Shown here one piece after another: positions 49,282 to 59,339 of a stretch of 62,896 nucleotides of DNA (the stretch's first letter is position 1; each line of letters starts with the position of its first letter). The position numbers and the translations under genes were made by a program. The notes beneath the pieces were generated by a model. The model did not search any database, was not told where the DNA came from, and was given only the letters and a program-made list of their open reading frames with translations. The DNA is from Oligoflexales bacterium. GTDB taxonomy: Bacteria > Bdellovibrionota_B > Oligoflexia > Oligoflexales > Bog-1112. The DNA lies in assembly GCA_045105515.1 (NCBI GenBank), contig JBGCDR010000138.1, positions 1-62,896 on the forward strand, in the 5' to 3' direction.

Positions 49282-51263
49282 ATGGCAATGAACCTGAACT
49301 GAAACTTGCTCAGCTACTAGCTGCTACTCATAGCTTACATGCTAGTCATGAAGTCACAGAGGAGCTAGAAAGAGCAAAGTGGAAGATCGAACAACTTATT
49401 GACTACTTACCTGTGGGATTTGCCATTATCACCGAGTCAGGTGAAATCTATCGTGTAAATAATATGTTGTCTAGTTTCTTCAAAACTGACATGGAAGGGG
49501 CAATCGGTTCCAATTTTAAGGAATTATTCAATCCAGATTCATGGAATATTTTTCAAGGAAAAATTGATGAATTGTTTGCTTCTAGACACGAGAAACAATT
49601 TATTGAATTTGAGCTATCAATCAATGGAGAGCACGATAAAAGCGGACAGTTTCTTTGGAACATTAGACCATACGGAGAGCTACATGGTGATTTCAAAATC
49701 TTGTATCAAATTCTTGGACAAAATATTACTGAAATTAAATCTTATGAACGTAAGCTGAGTAATATTTTTTCTTGCCTCCCACTTGGAATACTAGCAATTA
49801 ACAATGAGAGCAAAGTTGATGGACCCTATAGTAGCTTTACAGAAGAGCTACTTGAAACAAAAGACATTGCAAATAGTAGTATCCATGATGTGCTTTACAA
49901 GCCATGTTTTGACGGCATGAAACCCAAAGAAACCGAGAGCATAAAAACTATCGCGTCCGCAATTGGAGAAGAAGAAACCTGGTTCAATTCAATCAAAACT
50001 CTGTTTCCAACCCAACTAGCCTTTAATCCAAATGGTAAAAAATCTGATACGGTGAAATGGTTGCAAATTGACTACCATCCTATTATTTTTGAAGAAAAAG
50101 TTGAAAAAATTCTCTTAGTAATTGAAAACAACACCAAAGCGATGAAAGCGAAGCTTAGAAAAGAAAAGCAGCAAGAGATGGAAAGCCACGCTTCTAAAAG
50201 ATTTGTAGAAATTCAGACCTGTGACCCAATTCTCCTAGATATAACAATGGAGGAATTAGCCTCTTTCTCAGCAAATTTAAACTCAAACGAGCCTAGTCTA
50301 AAAAATTGCAAATCAATTTGCTCAACTCTTCATACTATTAAAGGCATTGCTAGGACTGCTAGCTTTACTCGTCTAAAGGATATAACTCATGACATTGAGG
50401 GTGAACTTCAAAATAAAATGACAGATATGGATTCCCTAAAAAGCACCTGGATAGATCTAAAAGTTTCCCACATCCATAAAGAAATCGCTGAGGTCGAAAC
50501 ACTGTATAGAGCCATTAAAGGTGATGACAAGAGCGCAACACTGGAAAAAAAGATCGATGAATACTCTGCAAAAGTGCAAGAAATAACTGGTAGAGCAAGA
50601 CGCCTTCTGGGAAGCATGCTTGAAGCTGAAACTCACGATCAAGGACTCATAGAAAGAGTAAAAAACTTATTGCTAATTGATGATCCCACCAGAGTAGAGC
50701 TTAGTACCTATGAACCCGTATTAAGTAAAAGAATATTTGATACAGCAAAGAGTATTGGTAAGGAAATCAATGTCAATTTTAGCTGGAATGGGGCAAAGTT
50801 AAAACAAAAAGATTTACCAACATTTAGCCAAATTGCCCTACATATTCTCACAAATGCAATAGATCATGGCATAGATGATAAAGATGAGAGGGACCGCTTA
50901 GGTAAGCCTGAGAATGGGACTATTAAGATTGTAACCAAACCTCTGGAAGATTCTAGTATCCTAGTTCAAATATCAGATGATGGTCGCGGTATTGATTCTT
51001 CGAAAGTCGCGAATTCAGCAATTAAAAAGCAAATTCTGACGGATCAAGAACTCGCCAATATGAGCGAGGATGAAATATTATCCCTCATATTCAAACCAAG
51101 TTTTTCAACCACCGATAAAGTAACCGAGCTAAGTGGTAGAGGAATAGGCTTAGATGCAGTTTGTGCTGCAATACTAGATTTGGGGGGAGAGCAGCCTGTT
51201 ATCAAGACTGCAATGACTATAGGTACTTCCTTTACCTTTAAACTATATAAGCCGAAGAAATAG
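49278..51263 (+). CDS. CheA-like kinase (PAS-like + HPt + HATPase, no CheW domain)
   Basis: LHTIKG, HILTNAIDHGI, DDGRG, FST...ELSGRGIGLD. Confidence 0.85.
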   Translation: MNGNEPELKLAQLLAATHSLHASHEVTEELERAKWKIEQLIDYLPVGFAIITESGEIYRVNNMLSSFFKTDMEGAIGSNFKELFNPDSWNIFQGKIDELFASRHEKQFIEFELSINGEHDKSGQFLWNIRPYGELHGDFKILYQILGQNITEIKSYERKLSNIFSCLPLGILAINNESKVDGPYSSFTEELLETKDIANSSIHDVLYKPCFDGMKPKETESIKTIASAIGEEETWFNSIKTLFPTQLAFNPNGKKSDTVKWLQIDYHPIIFEEKVEKILLVIENNTKAMKAKLRKEKQQEMESHASKRFVEIQTCDPILLDITMEELASFSANLNSNEPSLKNCKSICSTLHTIKGIARTASFTRLKDITHDIEGELQNKMTDMDSLKSTWIDLKVSHIHKEIAEVETLYRAIKGDDKSATLEKKIDEYSAKVQEITGRARRLLGSMLEAETHDQGLIERVKNLLLIDDPTRVELSTYEPVLSKRIFDTAKSIGKEINVNFSWNGAKLKQKDLPTFSQIALHILTNAIDHGIDDKDERDRLGKPENGTIKIVTKPLEDSSILVQISDDGRGIDSSKVANSAIKKQILTDQELANMSEDEILSLIFKPSFSTTDKVTELSGRGIGLDAVCAAILDLGGEQPVIKTAMTIGTSFTFKLYKPKK

Positions 51264-51270
51264 CCTCACT

Positions 51271-52248
51271 TCACTCCAAAGCCCCTGTACAGGAACTTCC
51301 AGCTCCAGCTGTGCAGCCTAGACAATGATCCGCGATTATAACTTTTGCACCAATTAACTCAGATAGAGAATTTAACTCTTCAATGTTTTTAGCTTTATGT
51401 CCAGTGGGAAGCTCTAACATTTGATTGAAATCGCAATCGTAAAGCTTACCATCCCAGCTAATGGATATTAGATTAGTACACATAAGAGAGGGTACAGCAC
51501 TAACGTTAAAATTTTCCGATAGAAGTTTCATATAAGTGTCGTATTGCTTACTTTTTTTCAAATCAAACAAAAACCTTTTTATTGGCATGTTAGTAATAAC
51601 ATAAAGCTGATTAAAGCTAATGCCAAAATCTTCCTTTAGTCTGTTCTTATACTCTATTTCTAGCTCTTTTTGAGCAGGTGGAAGAAAAGCTCCTCCGGGA
51701 TTATAAACCAAATCCAAACTCAAACCAGAACCATCTTTGCCATATCCCAATTCATTTAGATTTTGCAGGCCTCTAATACTCTTATCGAAGACTCCGTCTC
51801 CACGTTGTTTCTCTACATTTTCTTTAGAGTAGCAAGGTAAACTTGCAACAACTTTAACTCCTTGGGAGGCTAAAAATTGCGCTGTATCTTCTTGACCTTT
51901 TTCAAAAAGAACAGTCAAATTGCAGCGGTCAATAACCTCTTTGCCTAAGCTGCGACAATTTTCTACTAAATGCCTAAAGTTTGGGTTTAATTCTGGCGCG
52001 CCTCCAGTGATATCAACTGTATCAGTCTCTTGACTATTTTTTAGCAAATTTATTATCTTATCGACGGTTTCTCTGCTCATATTTTCACGGATTTTATGAG
52101 GCCCTGCTTCCACGTGACAATGGAGGCAAGTCTGATTGCAAAGCTTCCCTATATTGATTTGCAAAGTTGTAATAGCCTCTCTAGTTAGGGTGATTTCATG
52201 TTCTTTTAGCTTGGCACTAAATCCTGTCCATTTTGAAGCTGGTTCCAT
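51271..52248 (-). CDS. arsS: Radical SAM protein, ArsS/DUF3641 family
   Basis: CNQTCLHC, TGGAPE, DCDFNQML, HCLGCTAGAGSSCTG. Confidence 0.85.
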   Translation of the reverse strand: MEPASKWTGFSAKLKEHEITLTREAITTLQINIGKLCNQTCLHCHVEAGPHKIRENMSRETVDKIINLLKNSQETDTVDITGGAPELNPNFRHLVENCRSLGKEVIDRCNLTVLFEKGQEDTAQFLASQGVKVVASLPCYSKENVEKQRGDGVFDKSIRGLQNLNELGYGKDGSGLSLDLVYNPGGAFLPPAQKELEIEYKNRLKEDFGISFNQLYVITNMPIKRFLFDLKKSKQYDTYMKLLSENFNVSAVPSLMCTNLISISWDGKLYDCDFNQMLELPTGHKAKNIEELNSLSELIGAKVIIADHCLGCTAGAGSSCTGALE

Positions 52249-52519
52249 GGTATTACCTTTACATAAGTTTTAATCTTTCGAGTATGACGTATTAGAAATA
52301 TTTCCTAATGGCCTCTTACCTTCTTGCAAAGAATTCGATAAAGTCACACTCCTTAAGGGTGTTACAATTTTGCCGCTAAAGGCTTCGGAAAGCTATAAAA
52401 TATTATTAAGTTTGTTTTGTAAGATCGGTTATTCCAAGGCATATATTATGCTATGTTGAGGGAAAACTGAAGTAAGTCTAAATATGCTTTGGATTTGTTG
52501 GCTTAATATATCAAGAGGT

Positions 52520-52966
52520 TTAGTCTTTAAGGATATAAGTTTCCTTAAGAACGTCCTTGAAGCAGCGGGTCTTATCCTGTGTACATGAGAAGGCTTCCAA
52601 AGTGAAAGAAATTTCAGATGGCTTCTCCTTCTGATTATTGATTTTAACCTGATATCCAGGAATTTTGTCGTCCATTTCAGCCTTGGTATATATGTACTGT
52701 TTTTTATTATCTTTTTGTTTTTGTCTTGCAGCTCCTTGATATGACAGACCGGAAACTTCAAGTAGAGTAAGTTTCCAAGGTGCCTCGTAAGTGAGCTGCA
52801 TGCCAGACTGAGGTTTTACCGTAAAATTAACAAGATACAAGCCAGAACCTTCTTTCTTGGCACTAACATCTACCTTCACTCTAGGTTTGACAGCCTCTTC
52901 AGCTAAAGCAATGCTAAAACTAAAAATACCTAAGAACGTTCCTAAGAAGATCACTTTATGTAGCAT
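52520..52966 (-). CDS. Secreted Ig-like hypothetical protein (DsbD-N-like)
   Basis: Signal peptide ending ALA; APWKL; C-terminal C..D..RC. Confidence 0.6.
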   Translation of the reverse strand: MLHKVIFLGTFLGIFSFSIALAEEAVKPRVKVDVSAKKEGSGLYLVNFTVKPQSGMQLTYEAPWKLTLLEVSGLSYQGAARQKQKDNKKQYIYTKAEMDDKIPGYQVKINNQKEKPSEISFTLEAFSCTQDKTRCFKDVLKETYILKD

Positions 52967-53137
52967 AAAAACCTTTAACTATTAGATAAATTTAAAAAAA
53001 TCAGCTTCAAGACTATATCATGTGCATAGAAAACTTAAAAGCCTAAGGACCTTATCGGCTAAAACATAGGATTGCCTTACAAGTTTACAGCACTTAAAAC
53101 TTAATCTAAGTAAGAATATGTTCTGTTTGGAAAGCTA

Positions 53138-53869
53138 GTGATGGAGATAAATATGGAAAGTAGATTTTTAGAATATGAAGAAGGAGATAAAACCTTCGAG
53201 GCTTATCTAACATATGAACCATCTCAAATTCAAAAGAAGCCAGCGATTCTCATTGCTCATGCCTGGGGTGGTCGAAGCCAGTTTGAGCTTGATATAGCCG
53301 ATCAAGTAGCAAGATGGGGATATATAGGGTTCGCAGCAGACATTTATGGGAAAGGAGTCCTGGGCACAAACAAGGATGAAAACGGCAAACTGATGCAAGG
53401 GTTCATGGAAGATCGTAGCCTCATCATCAAGCGTTACACCTCCGCAGTCGAAGTACTCAAAGACCAGGAAATGGTTGCCGGTGAGCAAATTGCAGCTATA
53501 GGTTTTTGTTTTGGTGGCTTGTGCGTCCTAGATTTAGCACGTTCATGCAATCCAGATATCAAAGGGGTGGTTAGCCTGCATGGATTATTTATACCCACTA
53601 ATACAAATACAAAGGGGGATATTCAAGCTAAGGTTTTAGCTCTCCATGGCCACGAAGACCCCATGGTCAAACCAGATGCAGTCTTAGCTCTCGAGCAAGA
53701 GCTCACTGAAAGGCAGACTGACTGGCAAATGCACACCTTTGGGCAAACTATGCATGGCTTCACGCATCCAGATGCCAATGACATTGATATGGGAGTAAAA
53801 TTTCACAAAGCTAATAGCAAGAGAGCTCTAAAGCTAACTCAAGACTTTCTCAAAGAAATCCTCGCTTAG
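53138..53869 (+). CDS. Dienelactone hydrolase family protein
   Basis: HAWGG, GFCFGG, LHG..DP, HGFT. Confidence 0.92.
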   Translation: MMEINMESRFLEYEEGDKTFEAYLTYEPSQIQKKPAILIAHAWGGRSQFELDIADQVARWGYIGFAADIYGKGVLGTNKDENGKLMQGFMEDRSLIIKRYTSAVEVLKDQEMVAGEQIAAIGFCFGGLCVLDLARSCNPDIKGVVSLHGLFIPTNTNTKGDIQAKVLALHGHEDPMVKPDAVLALEQELTERQTDWQMHTFGQTMHGFTHPDANDIDMGVKFHKANSKRALKLTQDFLKEILA

Positions 53870-53969
53870 CCTTGAAATTTTGACTCATTTTTCGAACGCT
53901 CCAAAAGCTTTAAGAAAATTTTTCTTACCTGTTATCGGCCAAACTGCTTGGCCTTCTAATGGCGAGATC

Positions 53970-53978
53970 TGTTATAAT
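53970..53978 (+). promoter_or_regulatory. Extended -10 element (TGtTATAAT)
   Basis: Exact TGnTATAAT upstream of the 54005 start and its gagga RBS. Confidence 0.45.
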
Positions 53979-54004
53979 GTAGATTATAAATAAGTGAGGA
54001 CTGC

Positions 54005-54553
54005 ATGAATTATAAATTTATCTTACTTTTTATTTTCTGCATAACCCCCAAGCTATATGCAAGCGACCAAGAAAATGATTATGCAGAAGCAGAAATAGTT
54101 TTACAAGCTTCAGCGGAAACTGGCTATCCTGATAATTTTAACAATGATTCAGAACGATCAATCATCGATGACAGCCCAAGTGAAACCAGCCAAAAGAATC
54201 CTAAATTGGAAGAGTTCCAAGACAATGCCACCTCCCACATTATGTCAAGATTTGTGGGAACTTTTATTGGCTTTGGATTAGGACACCTCATGCAAGGAAG
54301 GTGGCTAAGCGGTGGGTGGATCTACACAATAGCTGACCTTGCGACTCTTCCCGTTATATCAGACCCTTGGCCATTCTATGGCAGAGATGAAAATTACAAA
54401 AAAGGTTTAGGTGCCTATCTCCTCATTAAAACCATACAGATTTTTGATGTTTGGTCCTTTGAGGAAACACCAACAAAAATAGGTCTCAAACCTGTAAGTT
54501 TTTTCCATGAAAACAGTAGGCATTATGGTTTTGCGTTGTCCACGACATTCTAA
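54005..54553 (+). CDS. Secreted/membrane hypothetical protein with a GFGLGH..QG motif
   Basis: Signal peptide, acidic linker, hydrophobic core, terminal Phe. Confidence 0.7.
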   Translation: MNYKFILLFIFCITPKLYASDQENDYAEAEIVLQASAETGYPDNFNNDSERSIIDDSPSETSQKNPKLEEFQDNATSHIMSRFVGTFIGFGLGHLMQGRWLSGGWIYTIADLATLPVISDPWPFYGRDENYKKGLGAYLLIKTIQIFDVWSFEETPTKIGLKPVSFFHENSRHYGFALSTTF

Positions 54554-54571
54554 GCGCAAGGAGTACTGTGC

Positions 54572-56029
54572 ATGATGATACGCTTAGATAAAATACTGGC
54601 ACTGCTCATAGGGTGCATTTGTTTTTGCGCCTCTTCGGCATTATCCGAACCCTGGTTAGGTTCTCGTTATGCTAGGAACTGTTCAGGCTGCCATGCACCT
54701 CAGAGGATCAATTTAAAGCCCATTGACAGACGTTGCTCCCTCTCTTGTCAAGGCTGCCACGTCAACCCAAATGGGGGTGGGCTCCGAAGTTTCTATGGAA
54801 AATGGACTGGTAATCGCTGGCTCAAAAGCTGGAGGTCAGACATATTAAAACATGACCTCAATGTGGCAACATATCCGAAGCAAATTTATGCGAAGATTCG
54901 CAAAAAATGGAAAAAAGCACCCAATAAACTTGTATTTGGTAAAGGGTTCCCATTAGTAGAGACTCGCAAGGAAATGAAAGAGGGACTCTATTATTGGCAA
55001 TATGGGCGCTATCAAACCACAGCAAAAAATAAAAAACATTATTTGTTCCAGGTACCAGCAAAAGATCCTTGGCGCCAGATGCAACTCTCGAAGTGGGATG
55101 GTGGAGCTGATGTACGCTGGTTTGCTGCAAATATGGAAACGGTAAAAGGTGAAGAAGATCCAGTCGAAAAGTGGGTAAGCTTTCCTATGTCAGTGGACCT
55201 AGGCATCCGGTATAGGCCCATCTATCGCAAAATACACGTTGTTTATGAAGGAAGGATGTTTGGATCACCAGCAGAAACTGCTACTTATGAAAACATGCTT
55301 AGACAAAGCTTTATTCGTTCCCTTTATGTCATGTGGGATGATATTCCCTACAATATTTTTGTGATGGGAGGTTATTACAGGCCTCTATTTGGTAATTATG
55401 ACCCATACCATTACGGCCTCGCTCAAAAAATGTTTTCCTATACTCTGCAAGGAAATTCACAAGCCTACAATGTTGTCTATGAAGCCATATCACTTGGAAC
55501 CGCACCTAATGTCCCTTATATGAATGTCCATAAGATTGGTAAACGAGTTGGTAGTCTGGATGATCGTACCGAGGGCTATGCGCTAAACTTAGGGTTTAGG
55601 GGGGTACGCTATGGACAATCCTTAAATTATTCCTATTGGTCGACAGTAGATACGGCTACTGATACAAAAATCCAAATGCATTCTATAGGCGCATTCTTTC
55701 TATGGAAACGTACAACTTTTAGCTACGAAGGAATGAGCTTTGCCCGTGATATCCCAGGAGCGGATTTTCGCCAGGGTGGAGTGCATACGTTGGAGGTGTA
55801 TTATAAGGTTTGGCGCGAATTTTATTGGCAAACCACACTAGCCAATGCAAATGTTAGCCAAGACCTATTACCTGGAAGCTCAAGCCAATTCCGGACCGGA
55901 GTAAAAGCATTCCTCATTCCTGGTTTTGAAGTCGGACTCCATCTTGAGCAAAATTCTAACACCAAAGAGGAAACAGAAGAAAAGATTGATAGTAGAGGGT
56001 GGGCAGCAAATATTCATGCATACTTCTAG
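54572..56029 (+). CDS. Outer-membrane beta-barrel fused to an N-terminal diheme cytochrome c
   Basis: Signal peptide; CSGCH and CQGCH; amphipathic beta strands; C-terminal IHAYF. Confidence 0.8.
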   Translation: MMIRLDKILALLIGCICFCASSALSEPWLGSRYARNCSGCHAPQRINLKPIDRRCSLSCQGCHVNPNGGGLRSFYGKWTGNRWLKSWRSDILKHDLNVATYPKQIYAKIRKKWKKAPNKLVFGKGFPLVETRKEMKEGLYYWQYGRYQTTAKNKKHYLFQVPAKDPWRQMQLSKWDGGADVRWFAANMETVKGEEDPVEKWVSFPMSVDLGIRYRPIYRKIHVVYEGRMFGSPAETATYENMLRQSFIRSLYVMWDDIPYNIFVMGGYYRPLFGNYDPYHYGLAQKMFSYTLQGNSQAYNVVYEAISLGTAPNVPYMNVHKIGKRVGSLDDRTEGYALNLGFRGVRYGQSLNYSYWSTVDTATDTKIQMHSIGAFFLWKRTTFSYEGMSFARDIPGADFRQGGVHTLEVYYKVWREFYWQTTLANANVSQDLLPGSSSQFRTGVKAFLIPGFEVGLHLEQNSNTKEETEEKIDSRGWAANIHAYF

Positions 56030-57459
56030 GAATATATTCCTAAAAAACGCCACCAAACCGGTCCAATACCAAGCCAGAGAACCAGGTAAAGAATACTCAA
56101 AATAGCCCCTAGCCCCCACCAAGCTTGAATACTCACATAATCGGCGCCATAATAAACAGGAGCTGTGCCAGTACCATAATGAGTGAGACCTGCACAAAGA
56201 TTAGATAGGAAAGCAAAGTTCAGGGCAGCTAGCAATGGTGGGCAACCCAACATGATTGCAACCCCTACAAATGCTGTGTACATTGTAGTCACATGGGCAG
56301 TGAGACTGGCAAAAAAATAGTGTCCATAAAAATATATTAAACTTAGAACAAGCAAAGCTAAATGCCAGGACATTCCATGAATATAACTATGCACCAGCTA
56401 ACTAAACCATGTCATCATCCCAAATTCAGCTAAATAGGTACTCATGGTCAAAAGGGTAGAAAGCCAAACAAAAGTATTCCAGCCATTTTTCTCCGTTAAT
56501 ATATCATCCCAGTTCAAAACTCCACTAATAAGCAATAAGCTAAGACCTATAAAAGCAGCTACTGTTGCATGTACAGAAAAATAGTCACCCAAAACCCAAA
56601 GCGACAACAGCAATAAAAAGACTCCAATCATGATCCATTCACTTTTTTGCAAAGGTCCCATAGCCTTTAGCTTGCCTTCTGCAAATTGCTTTGCAGCTGG
56701 AGTTTCTTTAGTTTCAGGTGGATATAAGAAATAGATCACAAGAGGACTAAAAATAAGACTCAAGACACCAGGAAGCATGGCAGCTTTAGCCCACAAAGTC
56801 CAGGTCAGGCTAGCACCCTGCTTTTCTGCAAAGCTTGCAATTAAGGGGTTTGCTGCCATACCAGTCAAGAACATACTGCTGGTGATACAGTTACACTGAA
56901 AGCAAACCAACATGAGAAACGATCCGATTTTCCGAGCAGTCCCATTTTCTGGAGTACTTTGATACTCCTTGCTAAGAGAAGATACAATAGGATAGATGAC
57001 CCCTGCTCCTCTTGCTGTATTACTAGGAATAAAAGGAGACAAACACAACTCTGTCAATTGAAGACCATATGCCAATCCGAGGGTACTTTTTCCTAAATAG
57101 TAAACGAAACAGTAAGCTATTCTCGAACCAAGTCCGGTTTTTATAAAACCTCTTGCGAGTAAAAAAGCAATCAAGATGAGCCAAACAGTATTAGAAGAAA
57201 AGCTTGTTAATGCTTGGTCAATGGTTAAGGTACCAGTAATGGTACAAAGTGCAATGCCAGCAATAGCAAGACTACCCATGGGTAAAGGCTTAATGATAAG
57301 CCCTAAAATATTAGTTAAAAATATCGCAAATAGGTGCCAAGCTCGAATATCTAGTCCGCTTGGTGGTGGGATAAACCACAAAATTATAAAGGTAATAGCA
57401 CAAGCTAAGAAAGCCGGAATTTTAACTTCCGCATCCTCGACTAATAAGTATTTTTTCAC
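56026..57459 (-). pseudogene. DASS-family (CitT/2-oxoglutarate-malate-like) anion transporter with an internal in-frame TAG
   Basis: PSNTARGAG, SSMFLTGMAANP, HYFFAS.TAH, LTHYG; TAG at 56398-56400 with the same frame continuing (WFS*LVHS). Confidence 0.85.
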
Positions 57460-57703
57460 TTAGAGAATTCTCCTTTTAAACCATCAGCCCAAAGAATTTA
57501 TATAAAGTTAGATACCCGAACAACAGTTATTTATACTATAAGGGGGAAATAATCTGGAGTTTATAAGAGATTGGCTCATCAATAGGATTTGATGGAAAAA
57601 ATATCCGTAATTGCTTGCTGTTACAAGATGAGAATAATGTAGAAATATCTTCTCGCGGAAGTATACCTATCAACTAAAACCATCTGAGATATGATAAAGT
57701 AAA

Positions 57704-59215
57704 TTACTTTTCACTAAAAAATTTTTGAACTATTAGGTCCCTGAATTCTTCTCTTACAAATGGCTTGCTTACCATCAGATCCGGGTGAAAGACCTTTTTT
57801 ATGTTATTTGTTTCAGTTTGATCATAATAACCGCTCATTAAAATATAAGGAATTTTTGGATCAATCTCTTTAACTTTTTGCAATAATTCCAGGCCATCAA
57901 GCTTGGGCATCCGAATATCTGATATGATCAAACTAGGTTTATGCAGTTTATATTTTTCAAAAGCTACCTCTCCATTCTCAGCCTCAATAAAATCAAAACC
58001 CATATCTGATATTACCATCTGTACTAGATATCTAATATCTTCATCATCATCAGCTACAAGAACTTTTAAATTATCAGCATCAATTGGCCTCGACTTACTT
58101 CCTTGGAAAGCATGAGGCAATTTAATTTCAAAAGTAGTTCCTTCTCCTTCTTTGCTAGTTATGGAAATCTTTCCTTGATGCATATCTGTAAATTGTTTTA
58201 CGATAAAAAGGCCAAGACCCACTCCTAATTCCTTAGCTATGCTTTGATCTCCTTGCGAGTACTTTTCAAAAAGGGTATCAATTTTTTCCTGAGGGATTCC
58301 ACGCCCCTCATCCCTTACTTTGATACAAGCGTAATCAATCTGATCAATTGTTTCAAGAGCGAGGGAATAGTGAATTTTTTTATTCCGCTGGGTAAATTTG
58401 ATAGCATTTCCAGTTAAATTCTCTATTACCTGCTGTATCTTCTTTTGATCAATTGGTGCAGTAATTTCAGTTAATTCACTGCAAACCAATTCAATCCCTT
58501 TAGAATTTGCCAAGAATTGACTATTTTGCACAGTCAATTTGAGAAACTCAGGAAGGTAAACATCCTCAACATGAACCTCGCTTGCAGTTTTACTTTTTCC
58601 TAATTCAAGCATACTCTGAACAAGCATGGTTGATCTTTTTACATTGTTTTTAATTCGCTTAACAAATTCAATATATTTATTTTTTCCTTGTGGTGTACTA
58701 GAGTTTTCTGCTAGTGACAACATATAATCACAGCAAACACTGATGATGCCTAGTGGATTACGGATATCATGGCTCAATATGCCTATAAACTCGTCTTTCT
58801 GATCAATTTGATCTTGTAGTAATTTTTTATCCGTATTTAAGTCAAAGATAAGACTCAGCACCTGGCAATTATATTCGTTTAATGGAATATACCCCCTAAT
58901 TTCTTCTCCTTGTTTCACTACCACTATGTCTGAAGCAGGAGTTCTGCTTGATAGAAAATTATCAAGATGTGCATCATCAGCTATAAAATTACAGGAACTA
59001 GCTGATTCCCAAGCTTTAGCTAAATCACCATGCTCACGAAGAAGCAAGAGCAGTTCTCTTGTATTGATCCAAGAATAATTAAAGTTTGGATTTTCAATGA
59101 AAATATAATTAGGTTTACATAAACTAATCTTTTCTGTTATTTTTTGCTCAGTATCGTCCTTACTAACCTTGATAAAGTCACAACTTATTAGGTCCGAATA
59201 ATCTGAAAGCTTCAT
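57704..59215 (-). CDS. Hybrid histidine kinase (N-terminal sensor, HisKA, HATPase, receiver)
   Basis: SHDIRNPL, NLTGNAIKF, GVGLGL, ADDD, SDIRMP, SKP. Confidence 0.92.
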   Translation of the reverse strand: MKLSDYSDLISCDFIKVSKDDTEQKITEKISLCKPNYIFIENPNFNYSWINTRELLLLLREHGDLAKAWESASSCNFIADDAHLDNFLSSRTPASDIVVVKQGEEIRGYIPLNEYNCQVLSLIFDLNTDKKLLQDQIDQKDEFIGILSHDIRNPLGIISVCCDYMLSLAENSSTPQGKNKYIEFVKRIKNNVKRSTMLVQSMLELGKSKTASEVHVEDVYLPEFLKLTVQNSQFLANSKGIELVCSELTEITAPIDQKKIQQVIENLTGNAIKFTQRNKKIHYSLALETIDQIDYACIKVRDEGRGIPQEKIDTLFEKYSQGDQSIAKELGVGLGLFIVKQFTDMHQGKISITSKEGEGTTFEIKLPHAFQGSKSRPIDADNLKVLVADDDEDIRYLVQMVISDMGFDFIEAENGEVAFEKYKLHKPSLIISDIRMPKLDGLELLQKVKEIDPKIPYILMSGYYDQTETNNIKKVFHPDLMVSKPFVREEFRDLIVQKFFSEK

Positions 59216-59339
59216 AAAACATTCCTGCTCAATCTTATTAACCGCTTATTGTACTCGGAGAATTATGGAATTCTTTAAGGAAAATTTTTTATATTCATGC
59301 TCCAAGCTGAATATTATTCTTTATATCAGCATGTTAATC

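Noticed and set aside
51271..52248. Selenoprotein ArsS or an arsenosugar gene cluster
   Set aside because: The C-terminal motif has Cys (SSCTG) with no in-frame TGA, and no arsM or ars neighbours are present
56398..56400. Pyrrolysine or genome-wide TAG recoding
   Set aside because: TAG is an ordinary stop in many genes here (e.g. ilvB, ilvA), and there are no pyl genes
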